DNA of 64,000 nt from Octopus vulgaris. Its lineage: Eukaryota. The notes beneath the pieces are model-generated. The model did not search any database. It was not told the origin of the DNA and worked only from the letters and a program-made list of their open reading frames with translations. The stretch lies in NCBI GenBank assembly GCA_951406725.2, contig OX597828.1, forward strand, positions 33,728,001 through 33,792,000. Reading direction: 5' to 3'. The position numbers and the translations under genes were made by a program. Below, one piece after another: positions 38,624 to 52,002 of the stretch (its first letter is position 1; each line of letters begins with the position of its first letter).

Positions 38624-39933
38624 ATACATGAGTACATTTCTGCATGCATGCAAGTGTGTGCCTAAAAGGTACTGCCACTAAAGCAAGTTCAATACCCAAT
38701 CAGCTGTGTCAAATCTTCAGCATCCAAACATCCACCCCCAACCATCTCCTTCCGATATAACATGACTCACCCAAAAAGCCAAGGTTGACTTGGCCCATCA
38801 TCCTTTTTGTTGGTGGTGGGGGGGTCTCAATAAAAAATACCAATCCAGGAAAGAGGGTTGAGGTAACAGCAAGAACACTGGACTACATGCCTTGTGGTAT
38901 TTGTTTCAGTCTTCACATTCTGAGTTCAAATCCTATCACTGCCTACATGAATGGTAGAGTCAATGCATTGCCTGATTTACTACAAGCACAACCTGGGACC
39001 ATGGGCACATTTTGCAGAATTTAATCCCTTGCAATCATTTCTTCCTTCCCATCAATCTTGGAGGCCCCGTAAAGGAGCATGAGCACTGCTTCCTTCATAG
39101 ATTGAAAAGTACAAAAAGAGACATACGAGTGGTGGAGACATGGTTGTGTGGTTAAGAAGCTTGCTTTGCAACCCTATGGCTTCAGGTTCAGTCCCACTGC
39201 ATGGCATCAAGGCAAGTGTCTTCTACTATAGACCTGGGCCAACCAATGCTTTGTAAGTGAAATTGGTAGATGGAAATTGTATGGAAACCTAGGGTGTGTG
39301 TGTGAGTGTGAGAGAGAGAGAGAGAGAGAGAGAGCAAGAGAGAGAAAGGGAGGGACAGAAAGGGAAAGAGAGAGAATGTGTGTATTTTAATGTCTGCGGT
39401 TTTCCCCTCCCCTCTGCCACTATCACTCAACAACCTGTGTCAACTTGTTTACATCCCCTCGACTTGGCAGTTCAGCAAAAGAGATCGACAGAATAAGTAC
39501 CAGACTATACTAGGGTTGGTTTATTCAGCTAAATTCTTTCCAGGTACTGCCCCAGCATGGCTGCAGCCCAATGAATGAAAGAAATAAAAACAGAATATAA
39601 ACCATTGGTATGAAATTAGCTTCTGTTTGACTGCTGAGGACATTTTTTTTTTTGTATGTTGGTTGGTTTTTGTAGGGAGTGGTGGGATAAACATGCAAAG
39701 TGAAAGTTTATGAAACTGTATTCAGTAAAAGGATGTGCTATAAAACATTAAGAACCCCTACTTCGATGCAATCACCATCCAATAAACCGAAGCATATTTA
39801 CATAAAATTGACATGCAACACTATTAAACATCACATACACCACCAATCAACACATCACACAACTCCAATATAATATAATATAAGAGTGACATACTTTGCA
39901 TAATTATTACTGCAATGAAATAATAACACATAC

Positions 39934-40067
39934 CATGCATAATCATCGTCTGACACTGAAGCACATAATAATGCAACTCCACACAAACACATTAAAAACA
40001 CAACAACAATAATCACAATCAGTATCCTCGGAAGAGTAACACAACATGATTTCTGTCTTTTGCGCAT
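39934..40067 (-). CDS. Candidate first coding exon with a signal-anchor-like peptide (uncertain)
   Basis: tcaaaATG start context, then MRKRQKSCCVTLPRILIVIIVVVFLMCLCGVALLCASVSDDDYA, then TG|gtatgt donor (phase 2, compatible with the 27293 acceptor). Possible upstream acceptor at 40088. Could be a chance ORF in TG-rich DNA. Confidence 0.25.
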
Positions 40068-40770
40068 TTTGATTTGAATACAACGAACTTCCAAAAACAA
40101 AAACAAAAACGCTTTATTCAGTATTGTGCTTTGGGAGATGGGGGTGAACTTGGTGGTATGATAGAAGCTATGATGATGATGATGATGATGATGATGATCT
40201 CAAATTTTGGCAGACAGCCAGTATTTTCGTGAAGGGGTAAGTCAATGACATTGACCACCACCACCACCACCACCCTCAGTACTCAACTGCTGCTTATATT
40301 ACTGACCCCTACAAAAGGATGAAAGGCAAAGCCAACCTCAGCAGAACTTGAACCCAGAACATTAAGAAGGACTAAATGCCACTAAACAATTTGTCTGCAA
40401 TGGTAGGGATTCCACCTGGTTACCCCCTAATAATAGACATATACACCCCTCTTAAATATGAGATACCTCGACGGGTTCTCGTTATACAGTGCCAATGCAA
40501 AAAGAAAGAAGGTCATTCGATACCACTGACCCTAAAAGCTGGCTGATACTTTGTTATTGACCTCAAAAGAATGAAAAGGGAAGTTGATTTAAGAAGGATT
40601 TGAACTCAGAACATAAAAGTTCTAGAAGAAATATGCAAAGCAATTTGTCCAACACCTCAGCAATTCTACCAACCAACAGCTCTTGAATATGAAAGCCAAT
40701 GAAAATTATTCCAATTTAAGTATAAAACCATAAATTTAGAAGATGAAATTGACTGAGCTGATAATGTCAT

Positions 40771-40976
40771 CTTAAGTATTTGATTGGTCCTTTATTTCAC
40801 CTTAAGTATTTGAATAGTCCTTTATTTCATCTTAAGTATTTGATTGGTCCTTTATTTCACCTTAAGTATTTGATTGGTCCTTTATTTTATCTTAAGTATT
40901 TGATTGGTCCTTTATTTCATCTTCAGTATTTGATTGGTCCTTTGTTTCCCCTTAAGTACTTGATTGGTCCTTTTTT
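40771..40976. repeat. 30-bp minisatellite, about 7 copies
   Basis: Unit cttaagtatttgattggtcctttatttca(c/t). Confidence 0.95.
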
Positions 40977-41798
40977 TTAATCATTCTCTAAACACAGAAG
41001 GCAAAGTTAACCTCAATGGGATTTGAATTCAAGATGTAAAGAGATGTAATTAAACACCAGAAAAAAGTTCTACGCATGAATAATAATCCTTTCTACTAAA
41101 GGCACAAAGCCTGAAATTTGGGGGACAAGGGGACAATTACATCGACCCCAGTTGACTAGTACTTATTTCATTGACCCCTCAGCCGAATTTGAACTCAGGA
41201 CATAAAGATGAACAAAATACCACTAAGCATTTTGCCCATCATGCTAATGTTTTTGCCAGTTTGGTGTCTTCACTAATAACATCCACCAATAATAATAATA
41301 ATAATAATAGTAAAAGGCTCTCATAAAAGTGTGAAGGAAATGATAAATAAATGTCTTGAATGGATTATTTATCAAACTATCTTTATCTTGAGATGTCTTC
41401 TCTTTTGAGTGAACGCCAAAGTTTCTGGAGCTCAGTGAATGTAAAGCCAAACCAGTTTTTGTACTGACTAATGACTTCATCGTTGTCAGTAATGTAATTA
41501 TAAGCAGCAACAATATCATCATCACCACCACCACCAACACCACTACCACCATCATCATCATCATCACCACCACCACCACCACCACCACCACCATCATCAT
41601 CATCAACTGCCAGCAGCATCTAAATCATATGCATGTTTATCATAACCAACCACTGACACCTTCATTAAAACCATCACCATCATCATCATCACCAGCAGTA
41701 TCATCATCATCATCATCATCATCATTATCTACATTTGAAGTTTACGGAATGACAGAAACAGGTGAGAAACAAGCAAAGTAATACATATAGCCATAGTA

Positions 41799-42270
41799 TT
41801 ATTTACATTATTTACATTATTTACATTCAATGGATATTCATCCTCATCTTGTTTGTTGTTAACACAGTGTTTCAGCTGATATACCCTCCAGCCTTCTTCA
41901 GGTGTCTTGGGGGAAATTTCGAACCTTGGTTCTCATTCCTAAGGTATTTTTCGATGTTGTTATTATTACTATTATTATTACTATTCAGGCCACTGCCTGG
42001 AATCGAACTTGAAATCTTGGAGTTAGTAGCCCGCGTTCTTAACCACTACGCCATATGATGAGAACAAATATCTGTTAAATGTATATAATGTAAATAATGT
42101 ACTGTTGTCACTCTGTTGGTCGCCATAAGGTATTTTTCGATATTATTATTATTATTATTATTATTATTACTCAGGTCACTGCTTGGAATCGAACTCAGAA
42201 TCTTGGGGTTAGTAGCCCATGCTATTAACCACTACACCATATGCCTGTGGGTATATGGCATAGTGGTTAA
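41799..42270 (-). mobile_element. Compound array of ORF-less Penelope terminal-repeat units (full, inverted tail, head, inverted head)
   Basis: Full unit 41799-42057 with GACAC CTGAAGA AGGCTGGAGGGTATATCAGCT GAAAC ACT GTGTT; inverted tail 42056-42101; second head 42126-42245; head-to-head copy 42249-42270. Confidence 0.8.
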
Positions 42271-42514
42271 TCAGTATTTGATGTATTCCTTAAGTGTTCT
42301 TGGTTCAAATCCTGATAACAACTTTGATTTTTGGTTTTGTTTTGTTGTTTTCTTCCTTCGAGCAAGAGAAGGTGGAAGTTGTTTAGATATGTACTGGACA
42401 TGTACAGAAGTGGACTGGGGTGTCATAAAGACCCCACTAAAATAAGGAAACTCTGATTTCAAATCCCAGGCAGATGGAGTTTATAAGCTTGGGCAGCTCT
42501 GTGACGGTGTCAGG

Positions 42515-42838
42515 CAGTGGATCTCATCCAGGGTCCATATGACCCTTAGGGGTTCACATAAGATTTTGTTGCTAAAATTTTTGTCCAATAAAATGGCTCT
42601 ACTTCTACAATACTCAAAGTATTTACTCTTTTACTTGTTTCAGCCATTTCACTGTGGCCATGCTGGAGCACTGCCTTTAGTCGAGAAAGTCAACCCCAGG
42701 ACTTATACTTTCTAAGCCTAGTACTTATTCTATCGGTCTCTTTTGTCGAACCACTAAGTTACAGGGACGTAAACACACCACCATCGGTTGTCAAGCGATG
42801 TTGGGGGGACAAACACAGACACACAAATATATATATAA

Positions 42839-42885
<47 letters not shown>

Positions 42886-43148
42886 TACGATGGGCTTCTT
42901 TCAGTTTCCATCTACCAAATCCACTCACAAGGCATTGGTCAGCCCGAGGCTATAGTAGATGTTTGCTCAATGTGCCATGCAGTGAGACTGAACCCAGAAC
43001 CATGTGGTTGGTAAGCAAGCTACTTACCACACAGCCACTCCTATGTCTATTTAAACAATTTTTTATACAATTCCTAAAAATGTTTAATTATAAAATTTGT
43101 AATAGGGATCAAAGAGGACCATAGGTAAAAAATGGTTGAGATCCACTG
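42515..43148. mobile_element. hAT-like MITE interrupted by SINE A (42624-43047)
   Basis: Perfect 12-bp TIRs CAGTGGATCTCA / TGAGATCCACTG. The 8-bp flanks match only partly (gtgtcagg / gtttaagg). Confidence 0.7.
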
Positions 43149-43349
43149 GTTTAAGGGAAGGAGAACCTGACAGAAAACCAACCCAGCTTTAGGTCCTGGA
43201 GGTTGGCCATTGGGCTAATCACTTGATACTGAAAAGATAATCTTCAAATTATAAACACTTGAAACACTCAGAATCTATCTTGGAGAGACATTGGTTCCGA
43301 ACCTGGAAAGAGAAGGAACTGTAACGTGATGAGTGAAAGCCGAAGAGGA

Positions 43350-43565
43350 AACCCAAGGGCTGATTGTGCTGAGCTTCTGAAAGAAGGAGGAAGTGCAGAA
43401 GATCAATGAATACCTGGAGAAAAACTATCAACAAAGAAAAACAGGCAGGTAAATGTGGAACGTGGAACAAGATGTGAATCACAGCCACTGACTGAGCAGC
43501 ATTGAGAGAGAGGGAGAGAGGTGGGGAGGATCCTTATGTGTCACCTGGCATGAAATAGAAAAAAG
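43350..43565 (+). mobile_element. Old RTE-type LINE 3' end fragment
   Basis: Decayed (G)RRKCRRSMNTWRKTINKE...TWNKM segment, like the RTE C-terminal GKR.RGRP..TW motif. Confidence 0.5.
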
Positions 43566-43964
43566 ATCTACAGATGTGAGATCAACAGCTTGATAGATTT
43601 GAAAAAAGAATACTTGTCCCCCCTAAAAAAACTTGTAAGGAATTTAAATTAATATTTCTCCAAATGGATTCTAAAGAATCCAAGAATTTTGTGAAAAAAA
43701 TTCTGAGATTCTGTAAGTTAGAGGATCTTTTTTGTAAAATTCAATAAAAATTTCTCTTATGAAAAAAAATGGTTTTCATGATTCCAAAGTAATGTGAAAT
43801 GGATATTTTTTTAGATATATGAATAAATTCTCTAAAATTGTTTTTTGTTTTGTTTAAAATCTGATTAAAATACAGGTAAGGGTTCCACGATTTTCGTAAA
43901 ATCATATAAGGGTTCCATGAGACAACAAGTCTAAGAACTACTGATGTTAGAAAAAGTGCCCACA

Positions 43965-44245
43965 ACCTTTGTAGGTCATCCTAGACATGCATTAGTGTCT
44001 ATGACCTTTGTAGCTCATCAGAGACTTATATAAGTGTCTATGGTCTTTGTAGGTCATCAGAGACTTATACCAGTATTATGACCTTCATAGATCATCCTAG
44101 ATTAATGTCAGTGTGTATGACATTTATAGGTCATCACATGTTCGTGTCAGTGTCTATGGCCTTCATAAGTCATCAGAGATTCTTGTCAGTGTCTATAACC
44201 TTTGTAGGTCATCCTAGAACAGTGTTAGTGTTCATGACTTTTACA
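43965..44245. repeat. Degenerate 39-bp minisatellite, about 7 copies
   Basis: Unit approximately gacctttgtaggtcatcctagac....tcagtgtctat. Confidence 0.85.
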
Positions 44246-44704
44246 GCCCTTTCTAGTTCATGTTCAATACCTATTGACTGCTATCTGCAGGTAAAACATG
44301 GCCAGACGGGATGTTCAAGAGAAAAGCTCTTCTGAGAATGACTGATTAGGCAAAATTTTAATTTTGAGCAAGTGTAATCAGAGGTGCACATTATAAATGT
44401 GATGAGATGAAGAGGGGCAGATACGTCGGGTGAGAAAAGGAAAAAGGGGAAAGATGCAGTTAGATAGTTCAAAGGAACAGAGGCCAGTGCCATCTTAAAG
44501 AATGGCCACACTGGACAGTTGCTCATGGGGGTGGGGAAGCTCATGGGTTTAGGGGTTCAATCCTGATGTGGCTTACTTTCAATGAATAAATACTATGGGA
44601 CCTAGTGCATTACTTGGCCCATAATGCTTCTAAGGCAGCCCTGACAGATGCCTTTGTAGTAGGAGGCTAAAACATTTGTCTATGTTGTGACAGAATTGTT
44701 CTAG

Positions 44705-44735
<31 letters not shown>

Positions 44736-45465
44736 ACATCATCATCGTTTAACGTCTGTTTTCCATACTGGCATGGGTTAGACGGGTTGACTGAAGACTG
44801 GCAAGCCAGAAGGCTGCATCATGCTCCAGTCTGATCTGGCAGCGTTTCTACAGCTGGATGCCCTTTCTAACACCAACCACTCCAAGAGTGTAGTGGGTGC
44901 TTTTATGTGCAACTGGCACGAGGGCCAGTCAGGCAGTTCTGGCAGTGACCATGCTCAAAATGCGTTTTTTACGTGCTACCTGCACTGGAACCAGTCCGGC
45001 AGCACTGGCAACGAACACACTAGAATGTTGTTTTATACGTGCCACCGGCACATGTGCCAGTAAGGCGACGCTGACATATATGGAAGATAATTTGCTATAG
45101 TTATTGTGATTTAACTATTTTGTAATTATATTTATGTTGAAATACACAGATTTTGCTTCAATTAATCTTGAAAATAATTAGAGCTTAGTCAAATAATTTT
45201 GTCATAATTAAGCTGGTGTTTAAGACATAATAAATTAACTTGGAATTTTAATGGAAAGTTTTAATGCAGAACACTAGAAAATGGAAATTGCTTTGTAAAA
45301 CTGTGTGGTTTCAGGCAAGTTGGTATCAAAAGGGTTAAAGAGGATTATTCACTGATCAGAGTTGATGGATTATCGCTGAGGAGGAAACTTAGACGCTGGA
45401 ATATAGAGTTGGATTAATGTTTAAATACAGAATGATGAGCGAATGTGTGTGTGTGTGTGTGAATG

Positions 45466-45507
<42 letters not shown>

Positions 45508-45524
45508 CACACACACACACACAC

Positions 45525-45573
<49 letters not shown>

Positions 45574-46027
45574 AATATGTTTTGGGAAAACAGACACAGA
45601 AGAATGGTGCCGGCTCCTGCCTGGCCAGCTCTTGTCAAACCGTCCAACCCATACCAGCAAGGAGGAGGGCAGACATTAAACAATGATGATGATTATGATG
45701 ATGAAGAAGAATATATAAGCATACATAAATACTCCTTTACACACACACATTCATATACACAGCCACACAAATATACAAATAATTCTAAATGTGTGTATTG
45801 CTAGGCCCATGCACCACACACACACATTGTATGTGTATACACTATACACACAGGCTATGTGCAGACACGTGTAATCTATGAACTATATAAACACACATCT
45901 ATTTGTGCGTGATGTAGATGAATGTACATCAGATAAAACAGAATCCAAGGAGGTTGGTAGAAGTCTAAATCAGCAAGACTTGTTATTTGGGAAAAGTGGC
46001 AGAAAGGGTAAAATGATAATGCCATGG

Positions 46028-46257
46028 GCGGCGAGCTGGCAGAAACGTTAGCACGCCGGGCGAAATGCGTAGCCGTATTTCGTCTACCGTTACGTTCTGA
46101 GTTCAAATTCCGCCGAGGTCGACTTTGCCTTTCATCCTTTCGGGGTCGATAAATTAAGTACCAGTTACGCACTGGGGTCGATGTAATCGACTTAATCTGT
46201 TTGTCTGTGCTTGTTTGTCCCCTCTGTGTTTAGCCCCTTGTGGGTAGTAAAGAAATA
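46028..46257 (+). mobile_element. Young family-B SINE with a perfect 13-bp TSD
   Basis: CpG-rich copy flanked by gataatgccatgg at 46015-46027 and 46258-46270. Confidence 0.9.
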
Positions 46258-46950
46258 GATAATGCCATGGAGAGTGGAGCTTCTGTCATTTCAAACAGAA
46301 TCTTTCTTCAGGCAAGAGGTAGCAGAACAAAGATGAGGACAAAATAGAAATGTTTGTGGTCTTCTATGCTTAAGCAACTGGTTGCAAATAATAGGGAATT
46401 AAGAAAAAGTAATGAGTATATATCATCATCATCATCATCATCAACGTCTGCTTTCCATGCTGGCATGGGTTGGATGGTTTGGCTGAGGACTGGTGAGCCA
46501 GGATCCAATCTGATCTGGCAGTGTTTCTACAGCTGGATGCCCTTCCTAATGCCAACCACTCCGAGAGTGTAGTGGATTCTTTTACATGCCACCGGTATGA
46601 GGGCCAGTCAGGCGATACTGGCATCGGCCATGCTTAAATGGTGTTTTTTACATGCCACCTGCACAGGAGCCAGTCTGGCGGCAATGGCATGAGCACGCTC
46701 GAATGGTGCTTTTTTATCTGCCACCAGCATGGGAGCCAGTCAGCATCCCTGGCAACAATCACACTCGAATGGTGCTTCAAACATTCCACTGGTACCATCC
46801 AAACATGACCATCCCTCTTATATGTATGTAATATAATTTTTCTGAATCTTCGATATGCTAGGCCACTGGTTTAAATTGATATTAATCAAATTAATATTCA
46901 ATTTTTTTTACCCTTATTATTTAAATATACATATATATATATATATATTA

Positions 46951-47590
46951 CAAATGAGGAAGGCTGGTTTATGGGATTACCCTAGACTTCCTGTTCATAA
47001 TGGGTTTAGCTTTATGGCATATCATCAGATCCCAAAAACTTATTAGCCAATGACCTCTTCAATATACGGGCCAACACATTTTGGGGACCTGACGAAACGT
47101 CATAAAGCTAAACCCTTTATGGACAGGAAGCCTCAGGTTATCTCATAAACTGGCCTTCCCCATTTTTAATATATACTGCTCTACATCTTAGAATGTGCTT
47201 CTTCTACAAACAATCCTTTTCACTCCCTGGCCAGAGTGTTTTACAGAAACCACGTTGTTTATGTTAAACAGCTGACCAGTAGGCCAGGTTTGTACATATT
47301 TACAGAAACCATGGGTCTCTCATAAATATGGAACGATCTGACCTCAGCTACCCCACAAAAAATATCCCCAGCTGTACACCCACATGCAGCTAGAAAAAAT
47401 AACGGACCTGATTAGGTGTATGAGGTGGAAAGCATTCAGCTACGACCAAGCTAAAAAAGGTGTTTTTGGGTTCTGACAATATGCCATAAAGCTAAACCCT
47501 TTAGAGACAGGAATCCTAAGGTTATCCCATAAAATGGCCCTCTCCATTTTTAATATATACTAGTCTACATCTTAGGGAGTGCTTCGTCTT
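46951..47590. repeat. Inverted-plus-direct repeat element between TA tracts
   Basis: 46951-47038 is the inverse of 47080-47166, which is repeated directly at about 47465-47590. Confidence 0.75.
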
Positions 47591-47770
47591 TCGGATTTTT
47601 GTTTTCTACAGATGATATATATACATATATATATACATATATATATACATGCTGCTGTTGTTGTTGTTGATCTCGTAATAGTTATAGTAGCATATTTGTA
47701 TGTATGTATGTATGTATGTATGTATGTATGTCTGTGTCCTTGTGTGTCTGTTTGTGTGTGTGTGTGTGTG

Positions 47771-47801
<31 letters not shown>

Positions 47802-48322
47802 GTGTGTGTGTGCGTGTGTGTGTGCGTGCGTGCGTACGTGCGTGCGAATGTATGTATGTATGTATGTATGTATGTATGTATGCATGTATGTATGCATGCA
47901 TGTATGTATGTATGCATGTATGTATGCATGTATGTATGTATGTATGCATGTATGTATGCATGCATGCATGTATGTATGTATGCATGTATGCATGTATGCA
48001 TGTATGTATGTATGATGTATGTATGATGTATGTATGTATGTATGTATGTATGTATGTATGTACGTATATATGTATGTAAACACACATATTAAACACATGT
48101 ACTATACAAACATGTATGTACACATACAGATACTTACACAAACACATAGGCACACAACTGCTTACGCCCATCTCATCTACAACGCAAACATTCACACATT
48201 AAGATGCACGATTAAATTTACATCACACACACACACACTATGTATTAATAGATGTACTATGTATCGATACTAAGTATCAATACTATGGGGAATACATCTA
48301 TCAGTACTATGTAATGATAGAT

Positions 48323-48357
<35 letters not shown>

Positions 48358-48589
48358 ATGTACATATGTACACTCATGCAAATACATACACACCTATATT
48401 AACATATACACACGCAGAGAGTGATAGATATTCACACATTTATTCATCTACAAATACATGTATATACATACATTCATACAACTATTGAGACACACAGATG
48501 TACCCACATATACAACCAGATGTATACAACTACACACACACTCACACACACTTCAACTTTATTATGAACTCACTAATATGCTCCTTTAT

Positions 48590-48648
48590 ACACACACACA
48601 CACATATATACACACACACACTCATCTACATATATATATCTATATAAA

Positions 48649-48695
<47 letters not shown>

Positions 48696-49161
48696 AAAAT
48701 TTTACACACAAACACACACACAAACATATATATATATATAAATGTGACTTTGTGTGTACCTTTGGCGATTTTTTTTACTCTGTCTTCCCTTCTCTGGATC
48801 TTTCCTTCTCCTATGTTTCCGACGAAGAGCTCCACTCAAAATGTTAAACCCTCCTTCTTTCCTGAGCGTCCAATAATACTATATTTGTTCCACGTCCTCG
48901 CGTTGTGTTTTTTTGTGTTTTCTTGTTTGGATTAACTTTATATATATAAAATTTTTGAAAATGCACAGACACTCTCAAAAATATGCAGATATATCACAAA
49001 GACTGATATGCACGTGCACACGTGCACACACACACACATGCACACACATACTTGAAATATAAGAGAACACTTACAGTTCTAAACATTGGTTGTTGTGATC
49101 AATAAACCACATTACACAAACATAAAAGATATATTTTCATATTTACACACATAAATATTTA

Positions 49162-49196
<35 letters not shown>

Positions 49197-49492
49197 ATAT
49201 GTATATATATGTATACATACATACATAGACAGATACATCTATATATACAAACTTGGAAATATATGTGTGTGCATGTGTGTTTGCATGTGTATGTATGAAA
49301 ACAAATACACACACACATATATATCAAACACAAGCCTATACATATTCATATAGACACACACATATATATATATATATATATACACACACCACACACATAC
49401 ACACACACAAATACCACTCACACACTCACACATACACACACACACACATATATACACACACACACACTCATCTACATATATATATATATAAA

Positions 49493-49541
<49 letters not shown>

Positions 49542-50215
49542 AAAATTTTACACACAAACACACACACAAACATATATATATATATAAATGCGACTTCGTG
49601 TGTACCTTTGGCGATTTTTTTTACTCTGTCTTCCCTTCTCTGGATCTTTCCTTCTCCTATGTTTCCGACGAAGAGCTCCACTCAAAATGTTAAACCCTCC
49701 TTCTTTCCTGAGCGTCCAATAATACTATATTTGTTCCACGTCCTCGCGTTGTGTTTTTTTGTGTTTTCTTGTTTGGATTAACTTTATATATATAAAATTT
49801 TTGAAAATGCACAGACACTCTCAAAAATATGCAGATATATCACAAAGACTGATATGCACGTGCACACGTGCACACACACACACATGCACACACATACTTG
49901 AAATATAAGAGTACACTTACAGTTCTAAACATTGGTTGTTGTGATCAATAAACCACATTACACAAACATAAAAGATATATTTTCATATTTACACACATAA
50001 ATATACACGCATACATATATATATATTTGTGTGTGTGTGTGTGTGTGTATGTATATATATATATGTATATATATGTATACATACATACATAGACAGATAC
50101 ATCTATATATACAGACTTGTAAATATATGTGTGTGCGTGTGTGTTTGCATGTGTATGTATGAAAACAAATACACACACATATATATCAAACACAAACCTA
50201 TACATATTCATATAG

Positions 50216-50246
<31 letters not shown>

Positions 50247-50295
50247 CACACACACACCACACACATACACACACACACAAATACCACTCACACAC
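48590..50295. repeat. Near-identical tandem duplication, period about 846 bp
   Basis: Unique segments repeat with an 846 offset (the ORFs at 48693 and 49539 differ by two residues); mainly microsatellite lengths differ. Confidence 0.9.
48815..48849 (+). ncRNA. Degenerate minimal hammerhead-like motif (duplicate at 49661-49695)
   Basis: GTTT CCGACGA A GAG CTCCA CTC AAAAT GTT AAAC. Stem I GTTT/AAAC and stem II GAG/CTC pair; the core differs from CUGANGA/GAAAC by transitions. Confidence 0.45.
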
Positions 50296-50348
50296 AAACA
50301 CAAACATATATATATATATATATACAGACACATATATACACAAATATT

Positions 50349-50379
<31 letters not shown>

Positions 50380-50835
50380 CAGACACATATATACACAAAT
50401 ATTACACACACACACACACACACACATACCTACACACAAGGTGATGGTACTCATCTTGGTGTGGGTCATGGTGAGTGGAGTGGTGTTGGGAAGGGCGGTA
50501 AGAGATATGAAATGTAATTGATTAATTCCAATATTGGTTGCATAGCTTTTCTGGATGGTTCTGACACAGCGTTGACAAATTATGTTGTCTTGGAGGTGTA
50601 CATTAAGCGTCACCCACTCGATTATCTTGTCGACCAATACCATTGAAGAAGAATAATTGTGTAGAGATGGCACATGGGAGAGAGAGAGGGGGGCGGGCAG
50701 GGGGGAGAGAGAAGTAGAGATGAGTAGGGGGAGAGAGATGGTGGGGAGTGGGCAAAGATTTATATAACATATATATATATATATATCAGAGAGCAAAGTG
50801 TATGTATGGATGTTTTGTGTTCTTGTCCCATTTTG

Positions 50836-50950
<115 letters not shown>

Positions 50951-51109
50951 TGGATACATAGATACATAATTATATACATTATATGTATATATGTGCATGT
51001 ATGTGTGTGTATATATGTCTATGCATGTGTATGTATGCACACCCACACAAACACACGCATACCTATGAGTATCTATAAATATCTATATAAATATACATAT
51101 ATGAATATA

Positions 51110-51183
<74 letters not shown>

Positions 51184-51192
51184 ATATATATT

Positions 51193-51229
<37 letters not shown>

Positions 51230-51499
51230 CAGAGAGAGAGAGAGGTGAGGGTAAAGACAGCTGTGTGTGTGTGTGTGCATGTGAATGGGAGATCCGTGCC
51301 AGATTTAGATATCAAGATAGAGAATTTAAAACCACCGTTTTTAACCTCTGTCTCTCTCTCCCTTTCTCTCCCTTTCAGCAAAAACTTCATCAGGGTTTCC
51401 GCTACTGTTGTTTACTCGCATGCTGTCAGTTTCTTCTACCGAAACCGTTGTTGTTCTTGCTGCTGTTGTTGTTGATCTAGTAATAGTTATAGTAGCATA

Positions 51500-51529
51500 T
51501 TTGTGTGTATGTATGTATGAGTGTATGTA

Positions 51530-51572
<43 letters not shown>

Positions 51573-52002
51573 GTGTATGTATGTGTGTGTGTATATATGT
51601 ATGCATGCATGTATATATGTATGCATGCATGTATATATGCATGCATGTATGTATGCATGCATGCATGCATGCATGCATGCATGTATGTATGTATGTATGT
51701 ATGTATGTATGTATGTATGTATGTATGTATGTATGTATGTATGTATGTATGTATGTATGTATGTATGTATGTATGTATGTATGTATGTATGTATGTATGT
51801 ATGTATTATGTATGTATGCATGTATATATGTATGTATGTATGTATGTATGCATGTATATATGTATGTATGTATGTATGTATGCATGTATGTATGCATGTA
51901 TGTATGTATGTATGTATGTATGTATGTATGTATGTATGTATGTATGCATGCATGTATGTATGTATGTATGTATGTATGTATGTATGTATGTATGTATGTA
52001 TG
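51500..52002. repeat. (TATG)n/(TGCA)n tetranucleotide tract; related tract at 47697-48080
   Basis: Directly visible. Both tracts share the unique flank gttgatct.gtaatagttatagtagcatatttg, which points to an old duplication. Confidence 0.9.

Noticed and set aside
40771-40976. CRISPR-like regular repeats (also 43965-44245)
   Set aside because: Head-to-tail units with no unique spacers, no cas genes, eukaryotic context.
43249-43312. Strong minus-strand acceptor (ttccttctctttccag)
   Set aside because: All three frames close quickly and no good donor was found.
45911-46010. DVDECTS, resembling the start of a calcium-binding EGF repeat
   Set aside because: No further cysteines in frame; chance match.
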